A stretch of 64,000 nucleotides of DNA from IMG/VR virus record IMGVR_UViG_2681813421_000002, positions 22,586 through 86,585 of that record; one strand, 5' to 3'. Source of the DNA: a virus (Duplodnaviria; Heunggongvirae; Uroviricota; Caudoviricetes). A program made the translations under genes and the position numbers. Under the pieces are notes generated by a model. The model did not search any database. It worked only from the letters and a program-made list of their open reading frames with translations, and was not told where the DNA came from. Of this stretch, positions 63,295-64,000 are shown one piece after another; the first letter of the stretch is position 1, and the number at the start of each line of letters is the position of its first letter.

Positions 63295-63867
63295 TTACAT
63301 TTCAGGTTGCGTTATGACAGTCCCAACAGGGTGATAGCGGTAGATCGTTGACAGTCCAATATCATAGATAATTGCCAGCCGCTTTCTGTCATACCCTTTC
63401 TGGAGCAATCTTGCGATCTGCTCATGCTGCTCCTTCGTCAGTTTCGGGCGACGTCCTCCAACTCTTCCTTGTGATCGCGCAGCAGCCAGTCCTGCCAGCG
63501 TGCGCTCAACTATCAGTTCACGCTCCATTTCTGCCAGTGCACCCATCATATGAAAAAAGAACCTTCCCATCGGAGTGCTGGTATCGATTGAATCCGTCAG
63601 ACTGCGAAAATTGACACCTTTTGCGCGTAGCTCTTCTGTGAGAGCAATGAGGTGTTTCATTCTTCTACCCAACCGATCCAGCTTCCAGACCACCAATGTA
63701 TCCCCTCTTTTAAGGCACTTTAAAGCGCGTTTCAGGCCTGGTCGTTCCGACTTGGTTCCGCTCATTTTGTCCTCAAAAATCTGTTCACATCCTGCGCACA
63801 TTAATGCATTGCGTTGCAAATCTGTGTTTTGGTCATTTGTTGACACACGTATGTAGCCAATCAGCAT
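63295..63867 (-). CDS. cin: Cin-type DNA invertase (serine recombinase)
   Basis: 190 aa; MLIGYIRVSTNDQNTDLQRNAL...GDTLVVWKLDRLGR...C-terminal HTH; closely matches P1 Cin/Gin/Hin family. Confidence 0.85.
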   Translation of the reverse strand: MLIGYIRVSTNDQNTDLQRNALMCAGCEQIFEDKMSGTKSERPGLKRALKCLKRGDTLVVWKLDRLGRRMKHLIALTEELRAKGVNFRSLTDSIDTSTPMGRFFFHMMGALAEMERELIVERTLAGLAAARSQGRVGGRRPKLTKEQHEQIARLLQKGYDRKRLAIIYDIGLSTIYRYHPVGTVITQPEM

Positions 63868-64000
63868 TAAAAATACTCCCTTTTGAGTGGTTAAAGTACT
63901 GAGATAATGTGGGGAGGATTTGAGAGATAAACGTTGGTTTGGGGGAAGGCTCGGCGCTGCCCGTTGGTGTACCGGTTCCATGGCCCACCGCCACACCGCC

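Noticed and set aside
1-64000. CRISPR arrays
   Set aside because: No series of regularly spaced short direct repeats was seen; the repeats present are operator motifs, paralogous gene blocks and inverted repeats.
1-64000. Insertion sequences, integrase/attP, or restriction-modification genes
   Set aside because: No transposase-like ORF with terminal inverted repeats; the only tyrosine recombinase is Cre-like with a lox-type site, the only serine recombinase is Cin-like; no ORF with restriction-subunit motifs other than the DarB-like methyltransferase domain.

Overview
This window reads as a 64 kb segment of a P1-family temperate phage or phage-plasmid (enterobacterial type), almost entirely protein-coding and carrying many P1 hallmark functions, but with gene order and immunity specificity that differ from P1 as I recall it. 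All calls are from reading the sequence and the supplied ORF translations against remembered protein families; no database search or computation was run.

Main features: a diverged Cre recombinase with a matching lox-like site (13-bp inverted arms, 8-bp spacer); PacA/PacB terminase with a GATC-rich pac-like cluster inside pacA; a candidate C1-type repressor gene; Phd-Doc and HigB-HigA toxin-antitoxin pairs; HumD and Hot behind a LexA box; a Ref-like HNH protein; dUTPase; a lambda-type phosphatase; Ea22-like paralogs; Plp/Upl with a tRNA cluster (Ile-CAU, Thr-UGU, Arg-UCU, a Ser-UGA-like type II tRNA); a 2303-aa DarB-like methyltransferase-helicase; an Hdf-DarA-DdrA-DdrB antirestriction operon with LydA/LydB; portal and protease-like genes; a RepL-like gene; and Cin invertase at the window edge.

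Most interesting observations: (1) a dispersed family of at least 14 asymmetric operator motifs (core TTTCTAACA) in front of many operons, unlike the P1 C1 operator I remember, suggesting a new immunity specificity; (2) two c4/icd/ant-like antisense immunity modules with different target sequences; (3) three DUF2829 (Tad2-like) domains, one fused to an antirepressor and one split off in the paralogous locus; (4) a terminase large-subunit paralog with degenerate Walker A/B motifs inside an operator-controlled accessory operon; (5) a HigA-like gene interrupted by an in-frame amber codon; (6) an AT-rich membrane plus coiled-coil gene and a two-gene cassette at likely variable loci; (7) a structured, operator-flanked noncoding region rich in long inverted repeats; (8) a 12-codon remnant of a second serine recombinase gene facing cin. 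No CRISPR array, insertion sequence or restriction-modification genes were recognised.
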